DNA of 64,000 nucleotides. Origin: Escherichia coli. GTDB taxonomy: Bacteria > Pseudomonadota > Gammaproteobacteria > Enterobacterales > Enterobacteriaceae. Positions 12,405-24,813 of the stretch are shown piece after piece. The stretch lies in NCBI RefSeq assembly GCF_013122565.1, contig NZ_CP053258.1; one strand, 5' to 3'. Under the pieces are notes generated by a model. That model saw only the letters and a list, made by a program, of their open reading frames with translations. It searched no databases and was not told the DNA's origin. How positions within the stretch are numbered: the stretch's first letter is position 1; the number at the start of each line of letters is the position of its first letter. Made by a program: the position numbers and the translations under genes.

Positions 12405-12776
12405 AGCTCCTCCTTAATGACAGGGTTGCGAAGCCCTGATTCTCTTCAGGGTGAGTATTAAAGATAACACAAACATCGCGTAACGATTTGATAACAACCC
12501 AAATTGATAAAAGAGGAGAAACCTTGTGGCAAAGCAAATGAAAACCCCGCCGCAGCGGGGTCAAGGATCAGTGAGTAATGATCCAGAGGAGTTCGGCCCA
12601 GAAGAGCATCGACAGAGAAAATGCACCCATCCAGGACCAATATTTCATATTTGTGTTGATCATAGGCTACACCTTTAACGGTTATTACTTTGTGTTGAGA
12701 TAACTCAACCTGTTATTGCTGTGGTGTATTAAAAGCCCTTTAATTCATTAAAAATGGGTAATAAGAATGATGATAA

Positions 12777-12965
12777 TTATTGTTTCGGCTGTTCATCTTC
12801 AGCAAACAGTTCTATAAAGGCTTGCTGCTGCGATGTTAGTTGCCAGTCGTCTGGAATAATGACGGAACATTCCCGTTTCGTTTCTGGTTCATTATCACTA
12901 TGCTGACATAATGGTGACGACTCCAGTTGCTCCTGACCGACCATAGTTATCCCCACACTTTCCAA
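12777..12965 (-). CDS. yciX: Small protein of unknown function
   Basis: 62-aa ORF in the acnA-cysB spacer, overlapping the 3' end of the ymiA ORF; recalled as a K-12 small gene, weak evidence. Confidence 0.45.
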   Translation of the reverse strand: MESVGITMVGQEQLESSPLCQHSDNEPETKRECSVIIPDDWQLTSQQQAFIELFAEDEQPKQ

Positions 12966-13075
12966 ATCAGCAGTGCGACAACCACCCAGAAAAGTGCAGA
13001 ACCAAGAAAAACCGCCAGCCAGGCTTTACGTTTTAATTCAGGATCGCGGCGGGGTTCCTGATTTCCAGAAGGCAT
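12947..13075 (-). CDS. ymiA: Small membrane protein (42 aa)
   Basis: Hand-translated minus-strand ORF MPSGNQEPRRDPELKRKAWLAVFLGSALFWVVVALLIWKVWG; single TM helix; below the ORF-track size cutoff. Confidence 0.5.
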   Translation of the reverse strand: MPSGNQEPRRDPELKRKAWLAVFLGSALFWVVVALLIWKVWG

Positions 13076-13403
13076 TGCTAACCTCATATAATCGCCATCA
13101 CTTATCAGCAAGACGTTGAACGATTGGTGTAATTAATCATACGATGAGACAAATCCTAAAGAAACTTTAGTCAAAAATCCAGCGAATTTACGAATCGTAT
13201 CCAGTGAATAATTCAATCTTTTGACCTGAAATAGATATTTGAAAACTGGAGTTTGCGAGGCGGGTAATTAGACACTACTTTACAGGTAATTTACCCTATA
13301 AATATGAGGGATAAAATATTGTGCACGATATACAAATAAGTAACAAAGAAAATATATTTCGGCACCTTCGCTACATAAAAGGTGCCGAAAATAACGCAAG
13401 AAA

Positions 13404-14402
<999 letters not shown>

Positions 14403-14534
14403 TCAGAACATCGTTTTTTCGTCACACCTGGCGGGTGACTAATACGATTTAATAATAAAAAAGGTGCTAACTATAACCACTATATCATTTATAGCCTTAG
14501 TGTATAGGTGTGAAGAAAAAATAATATGCAATAA

Positions 14535-14560
14535 AAAAGGGCCGCTTTCGCGACCCTTTG
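14535..14560 (-). terminator. Intrinsic terminator downstream of topA
   Basis: Minus-strand hairpin GGGTCGCG-AAAG-CGGCCC followed by a T6 run, about 28 nt after the topA stop. Confidence 0.5.
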
Positions 14561-14587
14561 TTTATAAAAACCTGACAAAATTAAAGG

Positions 14588-17185
14588 TTATTTTTTCCCT
14601 TCAACCCATTTGCCATCAACATAAAATGCTGACCAGCCAGTCGCCTTTCCGTCTTTTTCCGAAGAGACATATTGCTGTTTGGTTTTACGGCTAAAGCGAA
14701 CCATGGTCTTATTACCTTCCGGATCCTGCTGTGGCGCATCGGCCAGATAACGCAGTTTTTCCGGCAGACGGTCGCGGAAGCGATAAAGCTCTTCCACCAG
14801 TGGCGCACGTGTTTCACGCGATTTCGGGAAAGTGTTGGCAGCCAGGAACACACCGGCAGCACCGTCACGCAGCACGAAATAAGCATCTGATTTTTCGCAC
14901 GGCAGCTCCGGTAATGGCACCGGATCTTCTTTCGGTGGTGCCACTTCGCCGTTACGTAAAATCTTACGTGTGTTTTTACACTCTTCGTTGGTGCAGGCCA
15001 TGTATTTACCGAAACGCCCCATTTTCAGGTGCATTTCAGAGCCACATTTTTCACACTCAACGATCGGGCCGTCATAACCTTTAATGCGGAATTCGCCCTC
15101 TTCGATCTCGTAACCGTCGCAGGTTGGGTTATTACCACAGACATGCAACTTACGTTTCGGATCGATGAGATAGCTGTCCATCGCCGTGCCACATTTCGGG
15201 CAACGACGTTTTGCGCGCAGCGCGTTGGTTTCAGCGTCTTCGCCTTCCAGCACGTTCAGCACTTCGTTTTCCGGCACCAGGTTAATGGTGGTTTTGCAAC
15301 GCTCTTTCGGCGGCAGCGCATAACCAGAACAGCCAAGGAATACCCCAGTGCTCGCTGTGCGAATCCCCATTTTGCGACCACAAGTCGGGCAGTCAATGCT
15401 GGTCAGAACCATCTGGTTCGGGCGCATACCACCCTCTTCCGGATCTTTTTCAGCTTTATCTAACTGCTGGGTGAAATCCGAGAAGAAGTGATCCAGTACA
15501 GCTTTCCACTCTGCTTCGTGATTTGCCACCTGGTCAAGGCTGTTTTCCATCTGCGCGGTGAAGTCGTAGTTCATTAACTCGCGGAAATTTTCTTCAAGAC
15601 GATCGGTGACGATTTCGCCCATTTTTTCCGCATAGAAACGACGGTTTTCTACACGCACATAGCCACGATCCTGAATGGTCGAAATGATCGACGCATAGGT
15701 AGACGGACGACCGATACCGCGTTTTTCAAGCTCTTTAACCAGCGATGCTTCACTGAAACGGGCTGGCGGTTTGGTAAAGTGCTGGGCTGGTGTCAGTTCA
15801 ACGAGCGTCAGAGCATCGCCTTTATCGACTGCCGGTAAGATACGATCTTCATCGCCTTTACGCAGTGCAGGCATCACTTTTGTCCAGCCATCAAAGCGCA
15901 AAATACGACCGCGTGCTTTCAGGCGGAAATCGCCCGCACCAACGGTCAGCGTCGTGGAGTCATATTTCGCCGGGGTCATCTGGCAGGCAACGAACTGACG
16001 CCAGATTAACTGGTACAGTTTCTGCGCATCTGCTTCCATATCCTTCAACGATTCCGCCATCACATTGACGTCAGAAGGACGAATCGCTTCGTGCGCTTCC
16101 TGTGAGTTTTCTTTGCTGGCGTACTGATTCGGACTTTCCGGCAGATATTTCTTACCAAAATTATCGCTGATATAACCGCGAACCATATTTACCGCGTCCT
16201 GACTCAGGTTAGTAGAGTCGGTACGCATGTAAGTGATATAGCCTGCTTCATACAAACGCTGCGCCATCATCATGGTTTTTTTCACGCCAAATCCAAGACG
16301 GGTGCTGGCAGCTTGTTGCAGCGTAGAGGTAATAAAAGGAGCGCCAGGTTTACTGGTTGTCGGTTTGTCTTCACGTTCCAGCACGCTGTAGCGCGCTTTT
16401 TCCAGCAGACTTACCGCAGCCTGAGTTTGTTCTTTGTTGACCGGACGGAACGGTTTGTCGTTCTGATGAGTCACCTGTAACGCCAACGCTTCACCAGATG
16501 GCGTGGTCGTGCTGGCATCGACTTCCCAGAACTCTTCCGGCACGAACGCTTTAATTTCACGCTCACGCTCGACCACCAGGCGAACCGCCACCGACTGCAC
16601 ACGACCGGCAGACAGACCACGAGCGATCTTTTTCCATAGCAGCGGCGAAACCATATACCCCACCACGCGGTCCATAAAGCGACGCGCCTGCTGGGCATTA
16701 ACACGATCAATATTCAGCTCACCCGGTTTGTTAAATGCCTGGCGGATCGCGTTTTTAGTAATTTCGTTAAACACTACTCGGCTATAGCGCGCATCATCAC
16801 CACCAATCACTTCCCGCAGGTGCCATGCAATGGCTTCCCCTTCGCGGTCAAGGTCGGTTGCGAGATAGATGTGGTCGGCTTTTTCAGCCAGTTGTTTCAG
16901 TTCAGAGACGACCTTCTCTTTACCAGGCAACACTTCATAGTGCGCCTCCCAATTGTGCCACGGGTCAACCCCCATACGGTTGACGAGAGCGCCACGTTCA
17001 TCCTTTTTAGGCTTTTTAGCCGTCTTGGTGGAGGTAGAGTCGGCACTCTTTTTGGCAGCTGAGCCACTGGTCGGCAAATCGCGGATGTGACCGACGCTGG
17101 ATTTCACCACGTAGTCACTACCCAGATACTTGTTGATCGTTTTGGCTTTTGCCGGGGACTCAACGATGACAAGAGCTTTACCCAT
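14588..17185 (-). CDS. topA: DNA topoisomerase I
   Basis: Start at internal Met giving 865 aa [16 protein letters not shown]... (Toprim); C-terminal CxxC zinc-ribbon repeats. Confidence 0.95.
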   Translation of the reverse strand: MGKALVIVESPAKAKTINKYLGSDYVVKSSVGHIRDLPTSGSAAKKSADSTSTKTAKKPKKDERGALVNRMGVDPWHNWEAHYEVLPGKEKVVSELKQLAEKADHIYLATDLDREGEAIAWHLREVIGGDDARYSRVVFNEITKNAIRQAFNKPGELNIDRVNAQQARRFMDRVVGYMVSPLLWKKIARGLSAGRVQSVAVRLVVEREREIKAFVPEEFWEVDASTTTPSGEALALQVTHQNDKPFRPVNKEQTQAAVSLLEKARYSVLEREDKPTTSKPGAPFITSTLQQAASTRLGFGVKKTMMMAQRLYEAGYITYMRTDSTNLSQDAVNMVRGYISDNFGKKYLPESPNQYASKENSQEAHEAIRPSDVNVMAESLKDMEADAQKLYQLIWRQFVACQMTPAKYDSTTLTVGAGDFRLKARGRILRFDGWTKVMPALRKGDEDRILPAVDKGDALTLVELTPAQHFTKPPARFSEASLVKELEKRGIGRPSTYASIISTIQDRGYVRVENRRFYAEKMGEIVTDRLEENFRELMNYDFTAQMENSLDQVANHEAEWKAVLDHFFSDFTQQLDKAEKDPEEGGMRPNQMVLTSIDCPTCGRKMGIRTASTGVFLGCSGYALPPKERCKTTINLVPENEVLNVLEGEDAETNALRAKRRCPKCGTAMDSYLIDPKRKLHVCGNNPTCDGYEIEEGEFRIKGYDGPIVECEKCGSEMHLKMGRFGKYMACTNEECKNTRKILRNGEVAPPKEDPVPLPELPCEKSDAYFVLRDGAAGVFLAANTFPKSRETRAPLVEELYRFRDRLPEKLRYLADAPQQDPEGNKTMVRFSRKTKQQYVSSEKDGKATGWSAFYVDGKWVEGKK

Positions 17186-17564
17186 ATTCACCTTACCTAA
17201 TTTGATTCTTCCAGGAATGCGTCGCACGTTGATAAACCTTCCACTGGCAACGAGTTACCGATATGGACTCGCTCTCTGCGGATATCAACCCCTTGTCGTG
17301 ACTCTGTTCACGAAAATTCAGGTGACTGAGTTAACAGGTCTTGGCCTACAGGCGCTATAGCACGACGGAATTTTGGTCGAATGTCAAGCAAATCTATTGC
17401 CAGATTGACGAAAGCGTCACACTGTACCTGATAAAATCCGATACGCAACTTTATTAGCATGCAAAATCCAAAGTTACCAGTAAGGCGCTCTTGCCAGCAG
17501 CGTGGTATATTTGTCTGCAAGCCATGCCTGGCGTAGACTAATGTCCTTGTTTAAGGAGTAAATA

Positions 17565-17816
17565 ATGAACAAAGAGACACAACCCATCGACCGCGAAACG
17601 CTGTTGAAAGAGGCCAACAAAATCATTCGTGAGCATGAGGATACGCTCGCAGGGATTGAAGCCACCGGCGTCACGCAGCGTAATGGCGTGCTGGTATTTA
17701 CCGGCGACTACTTTTTAGATGAACAAGGATTGCCAACAGCCAAAAGCACCGCGGTGTTTAATATGTTCAAACACCTGGCCCATGTGCTTTCAGAAAAATA
17801 TCATCTGGTTGATTAA
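17565..17816 (+). CDS. yciN: Small conserved protein YciN
   Basis: 83 aa ORF with SD; position between topA and sohB. Confidence 0.85.
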
Positions 17817-17851
17817 AGCAAAACGCGAGGTCTTAGCCTCGCGTTTGTCTT

Positions 17852-18901
17852 TTACATCAATGGCTTTTGACCCCGCTGCCACCAGCGTAGCAACAATCGA
17901 TCGGCGCTCTCTGCCGCGCTGCCGGTGAATCGGTCAATGAGTCGTTTACGCTGCATATAGCGTACATTGACCACTTCACGGCCTTCCATCAGGCTAAGAA
18001 TAACTTCATCACTGGTGTTGATTTCATCAACCAGGCCTTTCTCTACCGCCTGTTGTCCGTACCAGTGTTCACCCGTTGCCACCTGTTCAATATCCAGAGA
18101 AGGACGCATACGCTTCACAAAATCCTTAAATAACTGATGCGTTTCGTTCAACTCTTCGCGGAATTTCTCCCGCCCTTCTTCGGTATTTTCACCTAGCAAC
18201 GTCAGCGTGCGCTTATACTGCCCGGCAGTGTGCAGTTCAATATCAATATCTTTGCTTTTCAGGAAGCGGTTAAAGTTGGGCATTTGCGCCACCACGCCAA
18301 TGGAACCCACAATAGCAAACGGTGCGGAAACAATTTTGTCCGCCACACAGGCCATCATGTAACCGCCGCTGGCAGCAACTTTGTCTACCGTAACAGTTAA
18401 AGGAATGTTTTTATCACGCAGACGCTGCAGCTGCGAAGCCGCCAACCCGTAACCATGCACCATGCCACCAGGGCTTTCCAGACGGAGCACAACCTGATCC
18501 TGCGGTTTGAATGCTGCGAGTACCGCCGTTATCTCTTCACGTAGCGAGTTCACTTCATGGGCGTCCATGCTGCCTTTAAAATCCAGCACCCAGACGCGGG
18601 GTTTACTGTCAGTTGCCACCTCGCCCAGTTTGGCTTTCGCTTTTGCTGCTTTCGCTTCTTGCTTGTGCTTTTTCTTCTGCGCTTTGTGCCACTGTTTTTG
18701 CTGATGTGAGTCCATCAGCGCCGCGGCCAGTTCTTCTTTCATCTCCTTATACTGTTCGCTGAGATTGTTGACCCGTAACTCGCCACGCTGGCGTTTATTA
18801 CGTTGAGCAACATTGACAATAATGGCGGCAATCGCCGCAATCGCTAGCACAACGGTAACGATTTTCGCCAAAAACAAACCATATTCAGACAACAATTCCA
18901 C
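17852..18901 (-). CDS. sohB: S49-family periplasmic serine peptidase
   Basis: 349 aa; N-terminal TM, Lys-rich linker, ClpP/SppA-like fold. Confidence 0.9.
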   Translation of the reverse strand: MELLSEYGLFLAKIVTVVLAIAAIAAIIVNVAQRNKRQRGELRVNNLSEQYKEMKEELAAALMDSHQQKQWHKAQKKKHKQEAKAAKAKAKLGEVATDSKPRVWVLDFKGSMDAHEVNSLREEITAVLAAFKPQDQVVLRLESPGGMVHGYGLAASQLQRLRDKNIPLTVTVDKVAASGGYMMACVADKIVSAPFAIVGSIGVVAQMPNFNRFLKSKDIDIELHTAGQYKRTLTLLGENTEEGREKFREELNETHQLFKDFVKRMRPSLDIEQVATGEHWYGQQAVEKGLVDEINTSDEVILSLMEGREVVNVRYMQRKRLIDRFTGSAAESADRLLLRWWQRGQKPLM

Positions 18902-19120
18902 GAGTCCCCACCTTGGTTAAACAACGCTTTGGCTCACAGTTTACAACAGGCATGTTAAGCCGTCTCGCAGAGATGTTATTGCAGCGAAAGTATGACAAAG
19001 TATCCATTTTGCGGTGTTATCGCCCCAGGCTGATTGAAATGCCCTTCTGTTTCAGGCATAAAGCCCCAAAGTCATAAAGTACACTGGCAGCGCGACAGAC
19101 AACGTCGTTGAGGAGTAGCC

Positions 19121-19879
19121 ATGCATTACCAGCCAAAACAAGATTTACTCAATGATCGCATTATCCTGGTGACGGGAGCCAGTGATGGTATTGGTCGTGA
19201 AGCCGCGATGACGTATGCACGCTATGGTGCGACAGTGATTCTGTTGGGCCGTAATGAAGAAAAATTACGTCAGGTAGCCAGCCACATAAACGAAGAAACT
19301 GGGCGTCAGCCACAGTGGTTTATTCTCGATTTGCTGACCTGCAGGTCCGAAGATTGCCAACAACTGGCACAGCGCATTGCCGTTAATTATCCGCGTCTGG
19401 ATGGTGTTTTGCATAATGCCGGATTGCTCGGCGATGTTTGTCCAATGAGCGAACAAAATCCACAGGTCTGGCAGGACGTCATACAGGTCAACGTTAATGC
19501 CACCTTTATGCTCACCCAGGCACTGCTTCCTTTATTACTCAAATCGGACGCCGGTTCACTGGTCTTTACTTCATCAAGCGTTGGACGTCAGGGACGAGCC
19601 AACTGGGGCGCATATGCAGCGTCGAAATTTGCCACCGAAGGGATGATGCAGGTACTGGCCGATGAATATCAGCAGCGCCTGCGCGTCAACTGCATTAACC
19701 CAGGCGGTACGCGCACCGCAATGCGGGCCAGCGCCTTCCCGACCGAAGATCCACACAAACTTAAAACCCCCGCTGATATCATGCCGCTATACCTCTGGCT
19801 GATGGGCGATGACAGCCGCCGTAAAACCGGCATGACCTTTGACGCCCAACCGGGCCGTAAACCAGGAATTTCCCAATGA
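19121..19879 (+). CDS. yciK: Short-chain dehydrogenase/reductase family oxidoreductase
   Basis: 252 aa; Rossmann motif TGASDGIG; overlaps the btuR start by 4 nt. Confidence 0.88.
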   Translation: MHYQPKQDLLNDRIILVTGASDGIGREAAMTYARYGATVILLGRNEEKLRQVASHINEETGRQPQWFILDLLTCRSEDCQQLAQRIAVNYPRLDGVLHNAGLLGDVCPMSEQNPQVWQDVIQVNVNATFMLTQALLPLLLKSDAGSLVFTSSSVGRQGRANWGAYAASKFATEGMMQVLADEYQQRLRVNCINPGGTRTAMRASAFPTEDPHKLKTPADIMPLYLWLMGDDSRRKTGMTFDAQPGRKPGISQ

Positions 19880-20466
19880 GTGATGAACGCTACCAACAGC
19901 GTCAGCAGCGAGTGAAAGAAAAAGTAGATGCTCGTGTGGCCCAGGCCCAGGATGAACGCGGTATTATCATCGTCTTTACCGGCAATGGAAAAGGCAAAAC
20001 CACCGCGGCATTTGGTACGGCAACTCGTGCAGTAGGCCATGGCAAAAAAGTGGGTATCGTGCAGTTTATTAAAGGCACCTGGCCTAATGGCGAGCGCAAT
20101 CTACTGGAGCCACATGGCGTTGAGTTTCAGGTGATGGCAACGGGCTTTACCTGGGATACACAAAACCGCGAGTCTGATACCGCCGCCTGCCGCGAAGTCT
20201 GGCAACATGCAAAGCGGATGCTTGCTGATTCCTCACTGGATATGGTTTTGCTTGATGAGCTGACTTATATGGTGGCGTATGACTATTTGCCACTGGAAGA
20301 AGTGGTGCAGGCGTTAAATGAACGTCCACATCAACAGACGGTGATTATCACGGGTCGAGGCTGTCATCGGGATATTCTTGAACTGGCGGATACGGTGAGT
20401 GAATTGCGCCCCATCAAACATGCGTTTGATGCCGGTGTAAAAGCGCAGATAGGGATCGATTATTAA
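19876..20466 (+). CDS. btuR: Cob(I)alamin adenosyltransferase
   Basis: 196 aa; P-loop GNGKGKTT. Confidence 0.9.
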   Translation: MSDERYQQRQQRVKEKVDARVAQAQDERGIIIVFTGNGKGKTTAAFGTATRAVGHGKKVGIVQFIKGTWPNGERNLLEPHGVEFQVMATGFTWDTQNRESDTAACREVWQHAKRMLADSSLDMVLLDELTYMVAYDYLPLEEVVQALNERPHQQTVIITGRGCHRDILELADTVSELRPIKHAFDAGVKAQIGIDY

Positions 20467-20475
20467 TCTGTAAAA

Positions 20476-20503
20476 ATGCCGGATATGACGTCCGGCATAT
20501 TTT
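20476..20503. terminator. Bidirectional hairpin between convergent btuR and rluB
   Basis: atgccgga-tatgacg-tccggcat followed by T-rich run. Confidence 0.6.
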
Positions 20504-20505
20504 GA

Positions 20506-21378
20506 TTAACCGTTATTACGTCCGCCAGAACGACGACCGCCGCTCACCTGACTGTGACGTTTCACCGCACGACGAATCTGATTCGCCTTCATGCGACGAC
20601 GGTCTTTTTCTACAGCGACTTTAGAGCTGGTTTCTGGCGGTAGCTCCACCAGTTCGCGCAGATAGTTAGTCTGGGCGAGGTCCAGCTCCGTCCAGCCACC
20701 GCGTGGCAGACCTTTCGGCAGTGGGATATCACCGTAACGAACACGGATCAGGCGGCTGACCTGCACACCAACCGCTTCCCACAGACGACGAACTTCACGG
20801 TTACGGCCTTCGGTCAGAGTAACGTTGTACCACTGGTTGATCCCTTCGCCGCCGCTGAACTTGATGGTTTTAAAAGCTGCCGGCCCATCTTCCAGCTGCA
20901 CGCCACGACTCAAATCACGCAGTTTCGCGTCGTCAACCTGACCAAATACGCGCACGGCATATTCACGTTCAACTTCACGGCTTGGATGCATTAAACGGTT
21001 TGCCAGTTCACCGTCGGTAGTGAACAGCAACAGACCACAGGTGTTAACGTCCAGACGACCTACAGCAATCCAACGTGCGCCACGCAATTTTGGCAGACGG
21101 TCAAACACCGTTGGACGTCCTTCCGGATCGTTACGGGTACACAACTCACCTTCCGGTTTGTAATAGGCCAGAACGCGACAAATTTGTTCAGCGGACTCAC
21201 GTACCGAAATCAGATGACCATCGATACGAATTTTCAGCCCAGGAGTAACTTCAACGCGATCGCCGAGTTTAGCAATTTTGCCATCAACACTCACTCGACC
21301 GGCTTCAATAATAGATTCGATTTCACGGCGAGAACCGTGGCCGGCACGCGCCAGCACTTTCTGTAGCTTTTCGCTCAT
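20506..21378 (-). CDS. rluB: 23S rRNA pseudouridine synthase B
   Basis: Start at internal Met giving 291 aa [21 protein letters not shown]... (S4 domain); Arg/Gly-rich C-terminal tail. Confidence 0.92.
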   Translation of the reverse strand: MSEKLQKVLARAGHGSRREIESIIEAGRVSVDGKIAKLGDRVEVTPGLKIRIDGHLISVRESAEQICRVLAYYKPEGELCTRNDPEGRPTVFDRLPKLRGARWIAVGRLDVNTCGLLLFTTDGELANRLMHPSREVEREYAVRVFGQVDDAKLRDLSRGVQLEDGPAAFKTIKFSGGEGINQWYNVTLTEGRNREVRRLWEAVGVQVSRLIRVRYGDIPLPKGLPRGGWTELDLAQTNYLRELVELPPETSSKVAVEKDRRRMKANQIRRAVKRHSQVSGGRRSGGRNNG

Positions 21379-21478
21379 AGAGCTTCCTTTTGGTGTCGCC
21401 TTCACAGGCGTCGAACAGGAGAATCAATGGCGCCGTATAGCGCCATTTTAAGGCCGCGTAGTATACAGAGTTACGCAC

Positions 21479-22099
21479 TTATAAGAAAGGCTTCACATCA
21501 CCTACGCCTTCACGCAATACGACTGGCGTATCATCGGTAAGATCAATAACCGTTGTTGGTTTCTGCCCGAGATAGCCGCCGTGAATGATCAAATCTACCT
21601 GTTTTTCCAGACGGTCTTTAATTTCTTCCGGATCGGATTCGGTAAATTCGCTGCCTGGCAGCATTAGCGAAGTGGAAAGCATCGGTTCGCCCAGTGCTTC
21701 AAGCAAAGCCTGCGCAATCGGGTTAGAAGGCACACGCATACCGATGGTTTTGCGTTTTTCCTGCAACAGACGGCGTGGCACCTCCTTCGTCCCCTTCAGG
21801 ATGAAGGTATAGTTGCCCGGCGTGTTGTTTTTCATTAAACGAAACGCAACGTTATCGACAAATGAATAGGTCGAGAGTTCAGAAAGATCGCGACACATCA
21901 GGGTAAAGTTGTGACCGTCCGGCAGCTGGCGAATACGACAAATACGCTCCATGGCGTTTTTATCTTCAATTTTACAGCCGAGCGCATAGCCGGAATCAGT
22001 TGGATAAACAATCACCCCGCCTTTACGCACGATCTCCACCGCCTGGTTGATCAGACGTTGCTGCGGGTTATCAGGATGAATATAAAAAAACTGGCTCAT
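21479..22099 (-). CDS. yciO: Sua5/YrdC/YciO-family dsRNA-binding protein
   Basis: Start at internal Met giving 206 aa MSQFFYIHPDNPQQ...; ATG overlaps the trpH stop by 4 nt. Confidence 0.88.
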   Translation of the reverse strand: MSQFFYIHPDNPQQRLINQAVEIVRKGGVIVYPTDSGYALGCKIEDKNAMERICRIRQLPDGHNFTLMCRDLSELSTYSFVDNVAFRLMKNNTPGNYTFILKGTKEVPRRLLQEKRKTIGMRVPSNPIAQALLEALGEPMLSTSLMLPGSEFTESDPEEIKDRLEKQVDLIIHGGYLGQKPTTVIDLTDDTPVVLREGVGDVKPFL

Positions 22100-22977
22100 A
22101 ATTCCCTCTCTGTGGTGTTCTGCGGCTGTTCCCATAGCTGCCAGACGCCTTCAACGCCTGCAGGCAGCCAGAGTTTACGACCCAGTTCGATCCACGGGCA
22201 TGGCTGATGAAAATCAGATCCTTGTGATGCCCATAAATGATGCTGACGCGCAAGGGTCGCCAGCTGGGTACGTTCATTGGGCGATTGCTGGCACTGCGCG
22301 ACTTCCATCGCGTCGCCGTGGTGTTCGGCAAAATGCGCAACCAATCTTTTCAGCCATTTAGCACTAAGATTGTACCGCCCAGGATGAGCTAGCACCGCCT
22401 TACCGCCAGAATGATGAATGACATCAATAGCTTGTTCTATTGTACACCACTGTGGCGGAACGTATCCGGTTTTCCCGCGCGCCAGATACTTTTTAAAGAC
22501 ATCCGCCATTGAACTGGCTTTGCCGCACTCCACAAGGAAACGCGCAAAATGACCGCGCGTCACCGCGCCGCCCTGAGCCAGTCGTTGCGCGCCTTCCAGC
22601 GCCCCAGATATTTGCGCTTTTTCAAGTCTTTCGGCAATGAGCTGCGCCCGCTGATTGCGCCGTTCTGTTTGCTGCGCGAGGAACTCACACATTAGCGGAT
22701 GAGTAATATCAATATTCAGCCCGACAATATGAATTTCATGATTTTCCCAGACCGTGGAAATTTCCACGCCGGGAATAAGATTCAGCGCCAGTCCCGAACG
22801 TGAAATTTCCTCTCTTGCTGGCGCGATTGCAGCTGTGGTGTCATGGTCGGTGATCGCCAGGGTGCCGACGCGCATCTCGACTGCACGGTGCACCAATGCT
22901 TCTGGCGTCAGGCAGCCATCGGAAGCTGTGGTATGGCTGTGCAGGTCGTAAATCACTGCGTAATTCGTGTCGCTCAA
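22096..22977 (-). CDS. trpH: PHP-domain phosphoesterase (RNase AM)
   Basis: 293 aa; PHP His/Asp motifs (YDLHSHTTASDG, ITDHDT). Confidence 0.9.
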   Translation of the reverse strand: MSDTNYAVIYDLHSHTTASDGCLTPEALVHRAVEMRVGTLAITDHDTTAAIAPAREEISRSGLALNLIPGVEISTVWENHEIHIVGLNIDITHPLMCEFLAQQTERRNQRAQLIAERLEKAQISGALEGAQRLAQGGAVTRGHFARFLVECGKASSMADVFKKYLARGKTGYVPPQWCTIEQAIDVIHHSGGKAVLAHPGRYNLSAKWLKRLVAHFAEHHGDAMEVAQCQQSPNERTQLATLARQHHLWASQGSDFHQPCPWIELGRKLWLPAGVEGVWQLWEQPQNTTEREL

Positions 22978-23052
22978 GGCGCACTCCCGTTCTGGATAAT
23001 GTTTTTTGCGCCGACATCATAACGGTTCTGGCAAATATTCTGAAATGAGCTG

Positions 23053-23087
23053 TTGACAATTAATCATCGAACTAGTTAACTAGTACG
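23053..23087 (+). promoter_or_regulatory. trp promoter with overlapping TrpR operator
   Basis: TTGACA at 23053-23058, 17-bp spacer, TTAACT at 23076-23081; palindromic operator cgaactagttaactagtacg spans the -10. Confidence 0.85.
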
Positions 23088-23114
23088 CAAGTTCACGTAA
23101 AAAGGGTATCGACA

Positions 23115-23159
23115 ATGAAAGCAATTTTCGTACTGAAAGGTTGGTGGCGCACTTCCTGA
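23115..23159 (+). CDS. trpL: trp operon leader peptide (14 aa)
   Basis: ATG AAA GCA ATT TTC GTA CTG AAA GGT TGG TGG CGC ACT TCC TGA = [14 protein letters not shown], with tandem Trp codons. Confidence 0.9.
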
Positions 23160-23200
23160 AACGGGCAGTGTATTCACCTTGCGTAAAGCAATCAGATACC

Positions 23201-23229
23201 CAGCCCGCCTAATGAGCGGGCTTTTTTTT
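23201..23229 (+). terminator. trp attenuator (3:4 terminator hairpin)
   Basis: cagcccgcc-taatga-gcgggc followed by T8, about 20 nt upstream of trpE. Confidence 0.85.
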
Positions 23230-23250
23230 GAACAAAATTAGAGAATAACA

Positions 23251-24813
23251 ATGCAAACACAAAAACCGACTCTCGAACTGCTAACCTGCGAAGGCGCTTA
23301 TCGCGACAATCCCACCGCGCTTTTTCACCAGTTGTGTGGGGATCGTCCGGCAACGCTGCTGCTGGAATCCGCAGATATCGACAGCAAAGATGATTTAAAA
23401 AGCCTGCTGCTGGTAGACAGTGCGCTGCGCATCACAGCTTTAGGTGACACTGTCACAATCCAGGCGCTTTCCGGCAATGGTGAAGCCCTGCTGACACTAC
23501 TGGATAACGCCCTGCCTGCGGGTGTGGAAAATGAACAATCACCAAACTGCCGTGTGCTGCGCTTCCCCCCTGTCAGTCCACTGCTGGATGAAGACGCTCG
23601 CTTATGCTCCCTTTCGGTTTTTGACGCTTTCCGCTTATTGCAGAATCTGTTGAATGTACCGAAGGAAGAACGAGAAGCAATGTTCTTCGGCGGCCTGTTC
23701 TCTTATGACCTTGTGGCGGGGTTTGAAGATTTACCGCAACTGTCAGCGGAAAATAACTGCCCTGATTTCTGTTTTTATCTCGCTGAAACGCTGATGGTGA
23801 TTGACCATCAGAAAAAAAGCACCCGCATTCAGGCCAGTCTGTTTGCTCCGAATGAAGAAGAAAAACAACGTCTCACTGCTCGCCTGAACGATCTTCGCCA
23901 GCAACTGACCGAAACCGCGCCACCGCTGCCGGTGGTTTCCGTGCCGCATATGCGTTGTGAATGTAACCAGAGCGATGAAGAGTTCGGTGGCGTAGTGCGT
24001 TTGTTGCAAAAAGCGATTCGCGCCGGAGAAATTTTCCAGGTGGTGCCATCTCGCCGTTTCTCTCTGCCCTGTCCGTCACCGCTGGCGGCCTATTACGTGC
24101 TGAAAAAGAGTAATCCCAGCCCGTACATGTTTTTTATGCAGGATAATGATTTCACCCTGTTTGGCGCGTCGCCGGAAAGTTCGCTCAAGTATGATGCCAC
24201 CAGCCGCCAGATTGAGATCTACCCGATTGCCGGAACACGTCCACGCGGTCGTCGTGCCGATGGTTCACTGGACAGAGACCTCGACAGCCGCATCGAACTG
24301 GAAATGCGTACCGATCATAAAGAGCTTTCTGAACATCTGATGCTGGTGGATCTCGCCCGTAATGATCTGGCACGCATTTGCACCCCCGGCAGCCGCTACG
24401 TCGCCGATCTTACCAAAGTTGACCGTTACTCTTACGTGATGCACCTGGTCTCCCGCGTGGTCGGTGAGCTGCGCCACGATCTCGACGCCCTGCACGCTTA
24501 CCGCGCCTGTATGAATATGGGGACGTTAAGCGGTGCGCCGAAAGTACGCGCTATGCAGTTAATTGCCGAGGCGGAAGGTCGTTGCCGCGGCAGCTACGGC
24601 GGCGCGGTAGGTTATTTCACCGCGCATGGCGATCTCGACACCTGCATTGTGATCCGCTCGGCGCTGGTGGAAAACGGTATCGCCACCGTGCAAGCCGGTG
24701 CTGGCGTAGTCCTTGATTCTGTTCCGCAGTCGGAAGCCGACGAAACCCGTAATAAAGCCCGCGCTGTACTGCGCGCTATTGCCACCGCGCATCATGCACA
24801 GGAGACGTTCTGA
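23251..24813 (+). CDS. trpE: Anthranilate synthase component I
   Basis: 520 aa chorismate-binding enzyme; stop overlaps trpD start. Confidence 0.97.
   Translation: MQTQKPTLELLTCEGAYRDNPTALFHQLCGDRPATLLLESADIDSKDDLKSLLLVDSALRITALGDTVTIQALSGNGEALLTLLDNALPAGVENEQSPNCRVLRFPPVSPLLDEDARLCSLSVFDAFRLLQNLLNVPKEEREAMFFGGLFSYDLVAGFEDLPQLSAENNCPDFCFYLAETLMVIDHQKKSTRIQASLFAPNEEEKQRLTARLNDLRQQLTETAPPLPVVSVPHMRCECNQSDEEFGGVVRLLQKAIRAGEIFQVVPSRRFSLPCPSPLAAYYVLKKSNPSPYMFFMQDNDFTLFGASPESSLKYDATSRQIEIYPIAGTRPRGRRADGSLDRDLDSRIELEMRTDHKELSEHLMLVDLARNDLARICTPGSRYVADLTKVDRYSYVMHLVSRVVGELRHDLDALHAYRACMNMGTLSGAPKVRAMQLIAEAEGRCRGSYGGAVGYFTAHGDLDTCIVIRSALVENGIATVQAGAGVVLDSVPQSEADETRNKARAVLRAIATAHHAQETF

Noticed and set aside
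14731-15463. Plus-strand ORFs of 117 and 144 aa inside topA
   Set aside because: Antisense to topA, no start-site signals, and compositions typical of reverse-frame readings.
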